Assembly (NCBI GenBank): GCA_016462905.1 | Contig: JAEMSI010000002.1 | Location: forward strand, 41,848 to 105,847 | Length of the DNA stretch: 64,000 nt | Direction: 5' to 3' | DNA from: Polynucleobacter sp. | GTDB taxonomy: Bacteria; Pseudomonadota; Gammaproteobacteria; Burkholderiales; Burkholderiaceae | In this document: positions 11,456 to 22,920 of the stretch, piece after piece | Numbering within the stretch: the stretch's first letter is position 1 | Layout of the letters: every line of letters starts with the position of its first letter | Program-made: the position numbers and the translations under genes | Notes under the pieces: generated by a model | Told to the model about the DNA's origin: nothing | The model's database searches: none | The model's input: only the letters and a program-made list of their open reading frames with translations

Positions 11456-11460
11456 AGGTC

Positions 11461-13017
11461 TTATTTTGCATGACGTAGAAAATTTTGCCAGCGTAATCCG
11501 ACTAACCATAGAGTCGAAAAGTAAACAATGGCTCCGGCGGTAAGCCAAATAATCAAAAGACCGATTCGAAAAATGCTGTTTTCTTGCAACAAAATCCAAT
11601 TATGTTGATGCGCAGCAAAATAGAAGATGCCAGCTAAAGGAGTTAAGCCTGCACTAATTTGGAGAAAATACTTACCCCAACCAGAAACTTTTGGAAGTAT
11701 CCCTTGTTTCCTTAGTCCAACCCAAAGGAGACCAGCATTTAGGCAGGCACCAAGACCAATTGAAAGTGCTAAGCCAGCATGACCAAGAAGTGGAACTAAA
11801 GCTAAATTGGCAATTTGCGTGAGTAGCAAAACGATCAGTGCAATTTTTACTGGGGTGCGAATATTTTGCCGCGAGTAAAAACCAGGAGCCAAAATTTTGA
11901 TCAAAATCAGGCCTGTTAAGCCAATTCCATAAGCCGCTAGTGCGTTGCGCGTCATCAGAACATCGAGGGCCTTAAACTGACCGTAGTGGTAAAGCACGGC
12001 GGCAATCGGTTCGCCAAATAAAAATAGGGCAAGGGCACAGGGTAGGGCTAATAAAAAAGTCAGTCTTAAGCCCCAAATTAATAATTCGCCAGCGTGTTCG
12101 GTATCTTGATTGGCATTTGCTTTACTGAGACTGGGGAGTAAAACTGTACCCAAAGCAACACCCAGTAGTGCAGTTGGAAACTCCATTAAGCGGTCAGCAT
12201 AAGACAACCAAGAAACGCTTCCCACTTGTAAATGGGAAGCAATGTTGGTGTTGATGATTAAAGAGATTTGCGCCACCGAAACAGCAAACACCGCAGGCAA
12301 CATTAATTTTAAAACCTTACTGGCATCTTCATTTTGAAACGCATGCTTTATTTTTTGGGGTAGTAGAGCAATTTTAGGTAATAAACCAAGGCGAGCTAAA
12401 GGGGGGATTTGAATCACTAGTTGCAGAATTCCACCGAGCAGTACCCCAACACTCAGTGCATAAATCGGTTGTTCTAAGTAAGGGGCCAGTAGGAGTGCAC
12501 TTGCAATCAGGGCTAGGTTGAGTAAAACAGGAGTAAATGCGGGGATGGCAAAACGCTGATAGGTGTTCAAAATTCCAGCTGAGAGTGAAACTAAAGAAAT
12601 TAGGCCAATGTAGGGAAACATGATGCGGGTCATCACGATGCTGACATCATAAGCCGCACCATTTTTGAGGCCAGAGGCAATCAGTAAAACTAAGATAGGG
12701 GCGCCAATCATTCCAATTGCGACGGTAAGTAACAGCGCCCAGAATAAAAGGGTCGCAATGGCATCAATCAGGGCCCTAGTTTGTTTTTTATCGCCGCGGC
12801 CCGATACCTCCCCTAAAATGGGAACAAAAGCCTGAGAAAAGGCTCCTTCAGCAAATAAACGCCTTAATAGATTGGGGAGTCTGAAGGCAACATTGAAAGC
12901 ATCGGTCCATTCTGAGGCGCCAAAACTTCGGGCAATTAGGGTTTCGCGAAGCAGTCCGGTAATCCGCGACAACATCGTCATGGAACTTACTTTGGCTGCG
13001 GCAGATAACAAATTCAT
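11461..13017 (-). CDS. murJ: Lipid II flippase MurJ (MviN)
   Basis: SRITGLLRE, AFRLPNLLRRLFAEGAFSQAFVP and YADRLMEFP motifs; ATG at 13017 (MNLLSAAAKV); divergent from rpsT. Confidence 0.97.
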   Translation of the reverse strand: MNLLSAAAKVSSMTMLSRITGLLRETLIARSFGASEWTDAFNVAFRLPNLLRRLFAEGAFSQAFVPILGEVSGRGDKKQTRALIDAIATLLFWALLLTVAIGMIGAPILVLLIASGLKNGAAYDVSIVMTRIMFPYIGLISLVSLSAGILNTYQRFAIPAFTPVLLNLALIASALLLAPYLEQPIYALSVGVLLGGILQLVIQIPPLARLGLLPKIALLPQKIKHAFQNEDASKVLKLMLPAVFAVSVAQISLIINTNIASHLQVGSVSWLSYADRLMEFPTALLGVALGTVLLPSLSKANANQDTEHAGELLIWGLRLTFLLALPCALALFLFGEPIAAVLYHYGQFKALDVLMTRNALAAYGIGLTGLILIKILAPGFYSRQNIRTPVKIALIVLLLTQIANLALVPLLGHAGLALSIGLGACLNAGLLWVGLRKQGILPKVSGWGKYFLQISAGLTPLAGIFYFAAHQHNWILLQENSIFRIGLLIIWLTAGAIVYFSTLWLVGLRWQNFLRHAK

Positions 13018-13164
13018 GGCTTGATTTTCCCTTATAAACGACAGGATGGGCTTTTTTGGGGCTTTAGGGTAGAATAGATCCTTTTCAGGCTCCGTCAACT
13101 GATCCTAGGTCAATAGCCAAGAGCTTGATTTTGTTCAAATTAATTTGTTTTTATAGGTTATTAC

Positions 13165-13428
13165 ATGGCAAATACAGCACAAGCGCGCAAACGCGCTCGC
13201 CAAGCAGTTAAACAGAATTCGCATAACGCTAGCTTGCGTTCGAAATTACGTACCTCGATTAAAGTGGTTCGTAAGGCGATAGAAGCCGGCGACAAAGCGA
13301 GCGCTGCCAAATTATTTGTTTCTGCTCAAGCAACGATCGACAAAATTACTGACAAAAAGATCGCACACAAAAATACCGCAGCCCGTCAGAAATCTCGTCT
13401 ATCTGCTGCTATCAAGGCGATGGCTTAA
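13165..13428 (+). CDS. rpsT: 30S ribosomal protein S20
   Basis: [17 protein letters not shown] and [12 protein letters not shown]. Confidence 0.99.
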   Translation: MANTAQARKRARQAVKQNSHNASLRSKLRTSIKVVRKAIEAGDKASAAKLFVSAQATIDKITDKKIAHKNTAARQKSRLSAAIKAMA

Positions 13429-13485
13429 TTTTTTAGATTCATTTTCTAGCGGAGACTGCGAAAGTCTCAAGCAAAAGAGGTATCT

Positions 13486-13520
13486 AAGCCCGCTCTTGAT
13501 TAGAGCGGGTTTTTGTTTTT
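13486..13520 (+). terminator. Intrinsic terminator after rpsT
   Basis: AAGCCCGCTCT-tgatt-AGAGCGGGTTT followed by TTGTTTTT. Confidence 0.85.
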
Positions 13521-13590
13521 TACAGTCAAGACTGATTAAACCAATATTAGTAATTCATCATTAGCTATAGGAAGCAGTAATCAAGAAATC

Positions 13591-14553
13591 ATGGCTTTAC
13601 TACATTCTTCTGGATCACTTGCAAAACCGCAAATCTCGGGTCAGATTAGACATTATTTGCAGTTTTCTGATTTCACGCGCGATGAATACACTTATCTATT
13701 TCAGCGTTCGGCTTGGTTAAAGGATCGTTTTAAGCGTTACGAAACTTGGCATCCTTTACACGACCGTACTTTGGCAATGATTTTTGAAAAGCATTCCACG
13801 CGGACTCGTTTGTCCTTTGAGGCTGGTATTCATCAGCTCGGCGGCCATGCGGTATATATGAATACCCGCGATACGCAATTGGGTCGTGGCGAACCTGTTG
13901 AGGATGCTGCACAAGTGATTTCGAGAATGACAGACATCATTATGATTCGTACCTTTGAGCAAGATACGATTGAGCGTTTTGCGGCAAATTCTCGCGTTCC
14001 CGTTATTAATGGACTAACGAATCAATTTCATCCCTGCCAAGTGATGGCTGATATTTTTACCTTTGTTGAACAACGCGGTGATATTCAGGGTAAGGTAGTA
14101 GCCTGGGTTGGTGATGCAAACAATATGGCTTATACCTGGATTCAGGCGGCCGAGTGTCTCGACTTTGAGTTCCGTTTTTCTGCCCCGGAAGGCTATCAAT
14201 TAAAGCGGGACCGTTTAACGGGGACTTCCTTAAATCATTTAACGGTCTGTCCTGATCCACACGATGCTTGTAAAGATGCTGATCTAGTTTCAACCGACGT
14301 ATGGACAAGTATGGGTTTTGAATCTGAGAATAGCTCTCGGATCGCTGCCTTTAAAAATTGGATGGTATCCGAAGAGCTGATGGCCCTAGCAAAACCGGAA
14401 GCTCTTTTTATGCATTGCTTACCTGCTCATCGAGGAGAGGAAGTAGCTGCTAGCGTGATTGATGGACCCCAAAGTGTAGTTTGGGAAGAAGCAGAAAATC
14501 GCCTGCATTCGCAAAAGGCCTTAATGGAATTTTTGTTATGTGGACGCCTGTAA
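13591..14553 (+). CDS. argF: Ornithine carbamoyltransferase
   Basis: FEKHSTRTR, HPCQ, WTSMG and HCLP motifs. Confidence 0.97.
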   Translation: MALLHSSGSLAKPQISGQIRHYLQFSDFTRDEYTYLFQRSAWLKDRFKRYETWHPLHDRTLAMIFEKHSTRTRLSFEAGIHQLGGHAVYMNTRDTQLGRGEPVEDAAQVISRMTDIIMIRTFEQDTIERFAANSRVPVINGLTNQFHPCQVMADIFTFVEQRGDIQGKVVAWVGDANNMAYTWIQAAECLDFEFRFSAPEGYQLKRDRLTGTSLNHLTVCPDPHDACKDADLVSTDVWTSMGFESENSSRIAAFKNWMVSEELMALAKPEALFMHCLPAHRGEEVAASVIDGPQSVVWEEAENRLHSQKALMEFLLCGRL

Positions 14554-14591
14554 TTTTTTTATGATTCAACTTGTTTGATGAAGAGCACTTT

Positions 14592-15821
14592 ATGTCACAA
14601 ATTAAAAAAGCAGTATTAGCCTACTCGGGCGGATTAGACACCAGCGTTATTTTGAAATGGCTGCAAGATACCTATGCTTGCGAGGTCGTCACCTTCACTG
14701 CTGACTTAGGTCAAGGCGAAGAACTTGAGCCGGCCCGTACCAAAGCATTGCAATTTGGAATTAAGCCAGAAAATATTTTCATCGATGATTTACGCGAGGA
14801 ATTTGTGCGTGATTTTGTGTTTCCTATGTTTCGTGCGAATACCATTTACGAAGGCGAATATTTGTTAGGGACATCGATTGCGCGTCCCTTGATTGCGAAA
14901 CGTCAAATCGAGATTGCCAGAAAAGTGGGGGCCGATGCGGTATCGCATGGCGCAACCGGTAAGGGCAATGATCAAGTCCGTTTTGAACTAGGGTATTACG
15001 CCTTAGAACCAGGAATTAAAGTGATTGCACCTTGGCGTGAATGGGATTTGCTATCGCGTGAAAAATTAATGGCTTACGCCGAAAAACATGGCATTCCGGT
15101 TGAAATGAAGCATCAGCAAGGTGGTTCGCCTTATTCGATGGATGCGAATTTACTGCATATTAGTTATGAGGGTCGTCACCTTGAAGATCCAAATGCCGAG
15201 GCAGAAGAGGCGATGTGGCGTTGGACTGTTTCTCCTGAAAAAGCGCCAGACCAAGCTGAGATTATTGAGGTCGAATTTAAATCGGGTGATCCCATTGCGG
15301 TCAATGGTAAGACCATGAGACCGCATGAACTGTTGGCTGAACTTAATCGCTTGGGCGGTAAGCATGGCATTGGGCGCCTCGATTTGGTTGAAAACCGCTT
15401 TGTTGGAATGAAAAGCCGTGGCTGCTATGAAACTCCTGGCGGCGCCATATTATTAAAGGCGCATCGCGGCATTGAAAGTATCACCCTTGATCGCGAGGTA
15501 GCTCATTTAAAGGATGACTTAATGCCGCGCTATGCCAGTCTGATTTATAACGGCTATTGGTGGTCTCCAGAACGGGTTGCGATGCAAACTCTGATCGATC
15601 ACACCCAAAAAAATGTCAATGGTACTGTTCGCTTAAAGCTATATAAAGGCTCTGTATCGGTTTTATCACGCGACTCAAAAAATACCTTGTTTGATCAAAC
15701 GATTGCTACCTTTGATGACGATGGTGGCGCTTATAATCAAGCAGATGCAGGAGGATTTATTAAGTTAAACGCCTTGCGTATGCGGATAGCCGAGATTGCT
15801 AAACGCAAACAAAATAAATAA
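14592..15821 (+). CDS. argG: Argininosuccinate synthase
   Basis: [31 protein letters not shown] and [11 protein letters not shown]; ATG at 14592. Confidence 0.99.
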   Translation: MSQIKKAVLAYSGGLDTSVILKWLQDTYACEVVTFTADLGQGEELEPARTKALQFGIKPENIFIDDLREEFVRDFVFPMFRANTIYEGEYLLGTSIARPLIAKRQIEIARKVGADAVSHGATGKGNDQVRFELGYYALEPGIKVIAPWREWDLLSREKLMAYAEKHGIPVEMKHQQGGSPYSMDANLLHISYEGRHLEDPNAEAEEAMWRWTVSPEKAPDQAEIIEVEFKSGDPIAVNGKTMRPHELLAELNRLGGKHGIGRLDLVENRFVGMKSRGCYETPGGAILLKAHRGIESITLDREVAHLKDDLMPRYASLIYNGYWWSPERVAMQTLIDHTQKNVNGTVRLKLYKGSVSVLSRDSKNTLFDQTIATFDDDGGAYNQADAGGFIKLNALRMRIAEIAKRKQNK

Positions 15822-15842
15822 ACTTAAAAAAAGATAGTGAAT

Positions 15843-16148
15843 ATGCAATTTAATCAAGTTTCAGTAGAAAAAAAAGCGAATGTTTTTTTTGAGGGCAAAT
15901 GCGTTTCGCATACAGTGACTTTGCCTGATGGCACGCGAAAGTCGGTAGGCGTGATATTGCCTAGTACCTTGCGATTTGATATGACTACACGCGAGATCAT
16001 GGAGGCGATTGATGGTCAAGCTTATGTCAGCATCAATGGCGCTCCCGAACAAAGCTTTTCAATCGGTCAGAGTTGGACTGTTGATCCGGGCGGTTATTTT
16101 GTAATTCGCGTTGATGCCCCTTTTCACTACGTTTGCCATTTTGGCTAA
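15843..16148 (+). CDS. ppnP: Pyrimidine/purine nucleoside phosphorylase (YaiE/DUF1255)
   Basis: KANVFFEGKCVSHTV...RKSVGVILP and a small cupin-like size; GTG at 15837 is an alternative start. Confidence 0.88.
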   Translation: MQFNQVSVEKKANVFFEGKCVSHTVTLPDGTRKSVGVILPSTLRFDMTTREIMEAIDGQAYVSINGAPEQSFSIGQSWTVDPGGYFVIRVDAPFHYVCHFG

Positions 16149-16153
16149 AGTAC

Positions 16154-16666
16154 TTATTTTTTTGGTAAGCCTTGAATAACAGTGCCAGGGCCAAGCGCTC
16201 TGTCACTAAACCATTTTTGATTCATTTCTAGGGCAAAACGAACATATGCCTTTGGGCAGTGATTATTTTCAGTATTGGCTTGCATTTCTTCAATATTAAT
16301 AATCTTTCCATCATCGCCGATAAATGCAATAGCAAGTGGAATTTTGGTGTTACGCATCCAAAAGCAGTGCGTCGCTTTCTCATCGAAAATAAAAAGCATG
16401 CCAGAGTTATTTGGCATAGCGCTTCGATTCATCAAGCCAGTTTGGCGCGTTTCAGGAGTGTCAGCAACTTCGGCTTGAATTCGATAAATTCCAGTTTTTA
16501 GTTCAATGACTGCTAAGGATTTTGCATAAGGTTGAGCATGAACATGACTGAGGGTGACCAAGCTTAGCAAAATAAACCCGTTTATAAAAATACCTAGATC
16601 ATCCATGAAACGATTGAGTGGTAATTTGAGTTGAATTGAGTGATTTCGCATGGGTTTAGGGTTCAA
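16154..16666 (-). CDS. DUF192 family protein (probably exported)
   Basis: AEVADT..RQTGLMNR, GMLFIF, FWMRNTKIPL and ALEMNQ patterns after a hydrophobic signal-like segment; start uncertain. Confidence 0.85.
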   Translation of the reverse strand: MNPKPMRNHSIQLKLPLNRFMDDLGIFINGFILLSLVTLSHVHAQPYAKSLAVIELKTGIYRIQAEVADTPETRQTGLMNRSAMPNNSGMLFIFDEKATHCFWMRNTKIPLAIAFIGDDGKIINIEEMQANTENNHCPKAYVRFALEMNQKWFSDRALGPGTVIQGLPKK

Positions 16667-16750
16667 ATATTCAAAGGTTTAAAATAGAGAGTTTAAGGCA
16701 GAGTGAAGTATTTTCTGCTAGCCACTTTTGTTTATTAATTGGAGAGTTGT

Positions 16751-18001
16751 ATGTATAAGCACATCAAAGTCCCGACAGGTGAAAAAATCACGGTTAACCC
16801 CGATTTTTCAATCAACGTCCCTGATAAGCCCATCATTCCTTATATTGAGGGCGATGGGACTGGTTTTGATATTACTCCCGTGATGATTAAGGTGGTGGAT
16901 GCCGCTGTTATGAAAGCATATGGTGGCAAAAGGCAAATTGCTTGGATGGAGGTGTTTGCTGGCGAGAAGGCTACGAAAGTATATGGCCCCGATGTTTGGA
17001 TGCCCGATGAAACTTTAGACGCAGTGAAGGAGTACGTCGTTTCGATTAAGGGGCCATTAACTACGCCAGTGGGCGGCGGAATTCGTTCTTTAAATGTAGC
17101 CTTAAGGCAATCCCTCGATTTGTACGTCTGTTTACGTCCCGTGCATTACTTTAAAGGGGTTCCTTCGCCAGTTCGCGAACCCGAAAAGACCGATATGGTG
17201 ATATTCCGCGAAAACTCGGAAGATATCTACGCCGGGATCGAGTGGGAAGCGGGTAGTGAGGGTGCCAAAAAAATAGTCGATTTCTTAATTAATGAAATGG
17301 GCGTAAAGAAGATTCGTTTTCCCGACACATCCAGTATCGGTATTAAGCCTGTTTCAAAGCAGGGTACTCAGCGTTTGGTTCGTAAAGCCATTCAGTATGC
17401 GATCGATAATGACAAACCTTCTGTCACATTGGTGCACAAAGGGAACATCATGAAATTTACCGAGGGCGGTTTTCGTGATTGGGGCTACGAATTAGCACAA
17501 AAGGAATTTGGTGCCCAGTTAGTCGATGGCGGCCCATGGGTTAAGTTTAAGAATCCAAAGTCAGGCAAAGACATCGTGATGAAAGATGTGATTGCCGATG
17601 CTTTCTTGCAGCAGATTTTATTGCGTCCGAATGAATACAGTGTGATTGCTACTTTGAATTTGAATGGCGATTATATTTCGGATGCTTTGGCTGCTCAGGT
17701 TGGTGGAATTGGTATTGCTCCCGGAGCCAATATGTCCGACAGTATTGCGATGTTCGAAGCAACTCACGGTACCGCCCCCAAATATGCCGGTAAAGATTAC
17801 GTTAACCCAGGTTCTGAAATTTTATCTGCCGAAATGATGTTGCGGCACATGGGCTGGTTTGAAGCGGCCGATTTAATTATTTCGTCAATGGAAAAATCCA
17901 TTCTATCGAAGCAGGTGACTTATGATTTTGCGCGTTTATTGCCAGATGCTAAGCAGGTTTCTTGCTCAGGTTTTGGTCAGGTCATGATTAACAATATGTA
18001 A
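16751..18001 (+). CDS. icd: NADP-dependent isocitrate dehydrogenase
   Basis: [43 protein letters not shown] and [10 protein letters not shown]; GGAG SD before the ATG at 16751. Confidence 0.99.
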   Translation: MYKHIKVPTGEKITVNPDFSINVPDKPIIPYIEGDGTGFDITPVMIKVVDAAVMKAYGGKRQIAWMEVFAGEKATKVYGPDVWMPDETLDAVKEYVVSIKGPLTTPVGGGIRSLNVALRQSLDLYVCLRPVHYFKGVPSPVREPEKTDMVIFRENSEDIYAGIEWEAGSEGAKKIVDFLINEMGVKKIRFPDTSSIGIKPVSKQGTQRLVRKAIQYAIDNDKPSVTLVHKGNIMKFTEGGFRDWGYELAQKEFGAQLVDGGPWVKFKNPKSGKDIVMKDVIADAFLQQILLRPNEYSVIATLNLNGDYISDALAAQVGGIGIAPGANMSDSIAMFEATHGTAPKYAGKDYVNPGSEILSAEMMLRHMGWFEAADLIISSMEKSILSKQVTYDFARLLPDAKQVSCSGFGQVMINNM

Positions 18002-18028
18002 TCAAGTAGTCAATTTAGATGCACGAAA

Positions 18029-18058
18029 AAAAACCCCAAGGCAAGCCTTGGGGTTTTT
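18029..18058. terminator. Bidirectional intrinsic terminator between icd and cspD
   Basis: AAAAACCCCAAGG-caag-CCTTGGGGTTTTT, with A- and T-tracts on both sides. Confidence 0.9.
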
Positions 18059-18077
18059 CATTGGGATCAGGAAGTGA

Positions 18078-18281
18078 TCAGCCAGCTTGAATATTCGTCG
18101 CTTGCTTACCTTTAGGTCCTTGGGTTATGTCAAACGTAACCTTTTGGCCTTCTTTGAGAGTTTTGAAACCACTCATCGTGATCGCGCTGAAATGCGCAAA
18201 CAACTCTTCTTCACCATCATCGGGTTTAATAAACCCGAAACCTTTTGCATCATTAAACCACTTAACAACTCCGGTCGCCAT
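18078..18281 (-). CDS. cspD: Cold-shock domain protein (CspD-like by synteny)
   Basis: [18 protein letters not shown] (RNP1) and LFAHFSAI (RNP2); divergent from clpS as in the cspD-clpSA locus. Confidence 0.9.
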   Translation of the reverse strand: MATGVVKWFNDAKGFGFIKPDDGEEELFAHFSAITMSGFKTLKEGQKVTFDITQGPKGKQATNIQAG

Positions 18282-18399
18282 GCGAACTCCATTACAAAAA
18301 TCTAAAGACAACCGTGAAGAGGGGAAATACCTTTTAATCAGTCTTACTCCGCAACACGCCTAATTGCGGAAATCACGAAAACCGATAACCGCAACCCTG

Positions 18400-18428
18400 A
18401 TTGTTTGCCCTTTTACGGGGGGTGTCAA
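18400..18428 (-). promoter_or_regulatory. Sigma70 promoter of cspD
   Basis: Minus strand TTGACA (18428-18423), 17-nt spacer, AACAAT (18405-18400). Confidence 0.8.
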
Positions 18429-18573
18429 GGGAATATAGCGTAGGAATAGTGGAAAACCCCCATTTTTGGTGCAAAAACCTCATATTTTTGGGATTTCGGG
18501 ATTTTTTAGGGGCTTTTCGCTAAATGAAAAAGCAATAATTGCAGAGTTTTCATGAGTGATTAGAATGTACTTA

Positions 18574-18921
18574 ATGACTCGTTCTATTAAATCCCCTTCT
18601 GATGGAAATCCAATCAATCCCATTAAGGAAGATATCGTCCTACTTGAGCGTCAGGCGGAGAAAGTAAAACTCCCGGCGATGTATAAAGTATTACTTCTGA
18701 ATGATGATTACACTCCAATGGAATTTGTTGTGATGGTGATTCAAGAGTATTTCAATAAAGATCATGAAACAGCCACTCGAATTATGTTGCAAGTTCACTT
18801 AGCCGGTAAAGGCGTTTGCGGAATTTTTACGCGTGATCTTGCATCGACTAAAGTTCATCAAGTTGTTGAACGTTCCCGCGAAGCGGGTCACCCACTGCAG
18901 TGCACTATGGAGGAAGCATGA
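18574..18921 (+). CDS. clpS: ATP-dependent Clp protease adaptor ClpS
   Basis: [16 protein letters not shown] and [11 protein letters not shown] at 18574 is preferred because it follows TAGAAT by 7 nt; the ORF track starts at 18556. Confidence 0.96.
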   Translation: MTRSIKSPSDGNPINPIKEDIVLLERQAEKVKLPAMYKVLLLNDDYTPMEFVVMVIQEYFNKDHETATRIMLQVHLAGKGVCGIFTRDLASTKVHQVVERSREAGHPLQCTMEEA

Positions 18922-21224
18922 TTGCCCAAGAACTAGAAGTAAGTCTACACATGGCATTTGTAGATGCGCGCGCAGCTCGACATGAATTTATTACGGTTGA
19001 GCATCTACTTTCAGCCCTGTTAGATAACGCCACTTCGGTAGAAGTTTTAAAAGCTTGTGCAGTCAATATTGCTGAGTTACGTGCTCAGTTGAAAAATTTT
19101 ATTAATGACAATACCCCGGTCGTTCCTGGAACCGAAGAAGTGGATACGCAACCTACACTAGGCTTTCAGCGCGTGATTCAGCGCGCCATCATGCACGTGC
19201 AATCGACTTCGAACGGCAAGAAAGAGGTGACCGGCGCCAATGTATTGGTGGCTATCTTTGGAGAAAAAGATTCTCACGCAGTATATTTCCTGCAACAGCA
19301 GGGCGTCACTCGTCTAGATGTAGTCAACTTTATTAGCCACGGCATTCGCAAAGACAGCGCTGAGCCTGTGAAGCCGGCTGATCAAAATCAGGAAAATGAG
19401 GAGTCTGCTACTTCAGCCAAAGAGAGCCCCTTAGACCAATTTACTCAAAATTTAAATGCCTTAGCCCGTCAAGGAAAAATTGATCCTTTGATTGGCAGAG
19501 AGTCTGAGGTCGAGCGCGTGATTCAGGTGCTTTGCCGTCGCAGAAAAAATAATCCGCTTTTAGTTGGTGAGGCTGGCGTCGGCAAAACGGCTATCGCCGA
19601 AGGTCTGGCATGGAGAATTACCAAAGGAGATGTACCCGAAATTCTAGCTAATGCCACAGTCTACTCATTGGATATGGGTTCTTTATTGGCTGGTACCAAG
19701 TACCGTGGTGATTTTGAGCAACGCTTAAAAAGCGTTCTGAAATCATTAAAAGACAACACCAACGCTATTTTGTTTATTGATGAAATTCACACCTTGATTG
19801 GTGCGGGCGCAGCCTCTGGAGGCACCTTGGATGCGAGTAATTTACTAAAACCAGCGTTATCTAATGGTCAGTTGAAATGCATTGGCGCCACCACCTTTAC
19901 CGAGTACCGTGGCATTTTTGAAAAAGATGCTGCTTTATCGCGTCGTTTTCAGAAGGTTGATGTAGTAGAGCCAACCGTCGATCAAACCGTACAAATCTTG
20001 CGTGGTTTGAAGTCGCGCTTTGAAGAACACCATGGTGTGAAATACGCTTCTGCAGCTTTGGTGGCTGCTGCTGAGTTGTCGTCGCGTTACATTAATGATC
20101 GTCATCTGCCCGACAAGGCAATTGATGTGATTGATGAGGCAGGAGCAGCTCAACGTATTTTGCCGAAATCAAAACAGAAGAAAACAGTAGGCCGTCCAGA
20201 GATCGAAGAAATTGTTGCCAAGATTGCACGCATACCGCCTCAATCAGTTTCGGTGGATGATCGCAGTAAATTACAAACCTTAGATCGCGACATTAAGAGT
20301 GTTGTTTTTGGTCAAGACCCTGCTATTGAAGTGCTTGCCAATGCCATTAAGATGACGCGCGCAGGTTTGGGTCGAATGGATAAGCCGATTGGCTCTTTCT
20401 TATTTTCCGGCCCTACAGGGGTTGGAAAGACCGAGGTAGCCAAGCAACTTGCTTTCATTATGGGAATCGAGTTACTGCGCTTTGATATGTCCGAATATAT
20501 GGAACGCCATGCAGTCAGCCGTTTAATTGGCGCTCCCCCAGGATATGTTGGTTTTGATCAGGGCGGTTTATTAACTGAAGCGGTAAATAAGAAGCCCCAT
20601 TGCGTTTTATTACTCGATGAGATTGAAAAGGCTCATCCTGATATCTTTAATATTTTGTTACAGGTAATGGATCACGGCACTTTAACGGATAACAATGGCC
20701 GTAAAACCGATTTTCGCAATGTCATTATTATCATGACGACCAATGCAGGCGCTGAGGCGATGCAAAAATCGACCATGGGCTTTACTAATGAACGTGCCGT
20801 AGGTGACGAGATGGCCGACATTAAAAAGTTATTTACTCCCGAGTTTCGCAATCGCTTAGATGCCATTGTTTCGTTTAAGGCCTTGGATGAAACCATCATC
20901 ATGCGTGTGGTAGACAAGTTCTTAATGCAGCTTGAAGAGCAATTGCATGAGAAGAAGGTTGAGGCTACGTTTAGTTCGGCATTACGTGCTCATCTAGCTA
21001 AGCATGGCTTTGATCCTTTGATGGGAGCGCGACCAATGCAACGCATTATTCAAGATACGGTTCGTAAGGCGCTGGCTGACGAATTGTTATTTGGGCGTTT
21101 AGCTCAAGGCGGAAATGTTGCTGTTGATATTGATGCGGAAGGCCAAGTTACTTTAGAAATTCAAGTCAGCAATGCATCTAGCAAGATTATGAAGACTGGT
21201 GCCGAACCAGTAGAAGAGCTTTAA
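18918..21224 (+). CDS. clpA: ATP-dependent Clp protease ATP-binding subunit ClpA
   Basis: Two AAA+ modules ([16 protein letters not shown]) and a Clp-N domain; ATGA overlap with clpS. Confidence 0.99.
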   Translation: MIAQELEVSLHMAFVDARAARHEFITVEHLLSALLDNATSVEVLKACAVNIAELRAQLKNFINDNTPVVPGTEEVDTQPTLGFQRVIQRAIMHVQSTSNGKKEVTGANVLVAIFGEKDSHAVYFLQQQGVTRLDVVNFISHGIRKDSAEPVKPADQNQENEESATSAKESPLDQFTQNLNALARQGKIDPLIGRESEVERVIQVLCRRRKNNPLLVGEAGVGKTAIAEGLAWRITKGDVPEILANATVYSLDMGSLLAGTKYRGDFEQRLKSVLKSLKDNTNAILFIDEIHTLIGAGAASGGTLDASNLLKPALSNGQLKCIGATTFTEYRGIFEKDAALSRRFQKVDVVEPTVDQTVQILRGLKSRFEEHHGVKYASAALVAAAELSSRYINDRHLPDKAIDVIDEAGAAQRILPKSKQKKTVGRPEIEEIVAKIARIPPQSVSVDDRSKLQTLDRDIKSVVFGQDPAIEVLANAIKMTRAGLGRMDKPIGSFLFSGPTGVGKTEVAKQLAFIMGIELLRFDMSEYMERHAVSRLIGAPPGYVGFDQGGLLTEAVNKKPHCVLLLDEIEKAHPDIFNILLQVMDHGTLTDNNGRKTDFRNVIIIMTTNAGAEAMQKSTMGFTNERAVGDEMADIKKLFTPEFRNRLDAIVSFKALDETIIMRVVDKFLMQLEEQLHEKKVEATFSSALRAHLAKHGFDPLMGARPMQRIIQDTVRKALADELLFGRLAQGGNVAVDIDAEGQVTLEIQVSNASSKIMKTGAEPVEEL

Positions 21225-21228
21225 TTTT

Positions 21229-21678
21229 TTAGCTACGACCAGTACTGCCAAAGCCGCCAGCACCTCGACTGCTGGCGGTAAATTCCTCTACCACTTTAAG
21301 TTCAACCTGTTGGATCGGCACAATCACCAGTTGAGCGAGGCGCTCCATCGGCTCTAACTTAAAACTATGTTGACCTCGATTCCAAGTGCTGACCATGAGT
21401 TGCCCTTGGTAGTCCGAGTCAATTAGACCCACTAAATTACCCAAGACGATTCCATGTTTGTGTCCAAGGCCTGAGCGAGGCAGGATCATCGCTGCATAAC
21501 GGGGATCCTCGATATAAATCGCAAGACCAGTAGGAATCAATTCTGTTTTTCCGGGGGCAATTTCAACTGTCGATTCAATGCAGGCTCGCAGATCAAGACC
21601 TGCGCTACCGGGAGTTGCATACGAAGGCATTTGTGAGCGCATCCGCTCGTCCATAATTTTGACTTGAAGTGCTTGCAC
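21229..21678 (-). CDS. dut: dUTP diphosphatase
   Basis: [24 protein letters not shown] and [10 protein letters not shown] motifs. Confidence 0.99.
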   Translation of the reverse strand: MQALQVKIMDERMRSQMPSYATPGSAGLDLRACIESTVEIAPGKTELIPTGLAIYIEDPRYAAMILPRSGLGHKHGIVLGNLVGLIDSDYQGQLMVSTWNRGQHSFKLEPMERLAQLVIVPIQQVELKVVEEFTASSRGAGGFGSTGRS

Positions 21679-21704
21679 GATCTTTCCTTTGAAAGCGATT
21701 GAGA

Positions 21705-22907
21705 TTAGAGGCGTTTTGAAACTAAAGCGATGAGTTGGCGAGCAATTTCTAATTTAGAAGCAGGCCCGATTGATTTGCTGGTGGAGGCATCAACAATCAG
21801 CACTGAATTCATTTCGCTTCCAAAGGTGCTTGGACCAATATTGCCAACGATCATGGGTATTCCCTTGCGCACCCGTTTTTCCTTAGTATTAAGCCCGAGT
21901 CGATCTGATTCAGCAGCAAAGCCGACGCAATAAGGCTTTCCCTTTTGCTTGGCGATTTTCGCCATTTCACTCAAGATGTCGGGGTTCGGGCTAAAGCGCA
22001 GATCTAGATTAGTTTTCCCTTGCCGTTTTATTTTTTGTTGAGCAGGCTTGTCAATTTTCCAGTCTGCTACTGCTGCAACTGCAAAAAACACATCACAATT
22101 TTTGGAGGCAAGTGTCGCATCATACATTTGCTGAGCACTCAGGACGTCGCTCCGAATTATTTTTCCACTCGATAGTAAAGGCGTTTGTAAATGGCATGGC
22201 CCAGCAATTAAATGCACTTCGGCGCCTGCTTCAACGGCTGCACGGGCAATTGCAAACCCCATTTTTCCAGAACTATGATTGGTGATTCCGCGGACTGGAT
22301 CAATCGATTCAAACGTAGGGCCAGCCGTGATCAGAATGCGTTTACCTTGAAGAACTTTAGTTTGAAAAAAGGCAACGACCTCCTCAAGAATTTCGCTTGG
22401 CTCGAGCATTCGTCCGATACCGTTTTCGCCACACGCTTGCACCCCGCTAGTTGGGCCTAATAAACTAACCCCATCGGTGAGTAAACGTTGCGCGCTACGT
22501 TGGGTCGCCGAGTGTTGCCACATTTGTAAATTCATTGCAGGTGCAATTAATAAAGGACAATCTCGTGCGAGACAAAGGGTGCTCAGCAAATCATCACATA
22601 AACCCAAGGATAGTTTTGCCATTAAATCAGCGCTACAAGGTGCGATTAGGATGAGATCGGCCGCGCGCGATAACTCAATATGCGCCATATTATTATCGAC
22701 CCGTGAATCCCATTGATTGGTAAAAACAGGTTTGCCAGTGAGCGCCTGCATCGTGACTGCAGTAATAAATTCTTGTGCAGCATCGGTCATGACTACTTGA
22801 ACCTGTGCACCCTCTTGGATTAAAAGACGAGCTAATTCAGCTGATTTATAGGCGGCAATTCCACCCGATATACCCAGCACAATTCGTTTATTTTTAAGGG
22901 AAATCAT
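21705..22907 (-). CDS. coaBC: Bifunctional phosphopantothenoylcysteine decarboxylase/synthase
   Basis: [41 protein letters not shown] and SSGKMG. Confidence 0.97.
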   Translation of the reverse strand: MISLKNKRIVLGISGGIAAYKSAELARLLIQEGAQVQVVMTDAAQEFITAVTMQALTGKPVFTNQWDSRVDNNMAHIELSRAADLILIAPCSADLMAKLSLGLCDDLLSTLCLARDCPLLIAPAMNLQMWQHSATQRSAQRLLTDGVSLLGPTSGVQACGENGIGRMLEPSEILEEVVAFFQTKVLQGKRILITAGPTFESIDPVRGITNHSSGKMGFAIARAAVEAGAEVHLIAGPCHLQTPLLSSGKIIRSDVLSAQQMYDATLASKNCDVFFAVAAVADWKIDKPAQQKIKRQGKTNLDLRFSPNPDILSEMAKIAKQKGKPYCVGFAAESDRLGLNTKEKRVRKGIPMIVGNIGPSTFGSEMNSVLIVDASTSKSIGPASKLEIARQLIALVSKRL

Positions 22908-22920
22908 GATAGAGGATGAT

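Noticed and set aside
13445-13485. Possible c-di-GMP-I riboswitch (GAAA loop followed by GCAAAAG) upstream of argF
   Set aside because: It lacks the GGCAAACC/GGGACGCAAAGCC core and the P1/P3 arrangement, and it lies on the rpsT side of the terminator.
13545-13565. ARG-box-like AT-rich sequence before argF
   Set aside because: It is a poor, single, asymmetric match, and the context is AT-rich enough to give it by chance.
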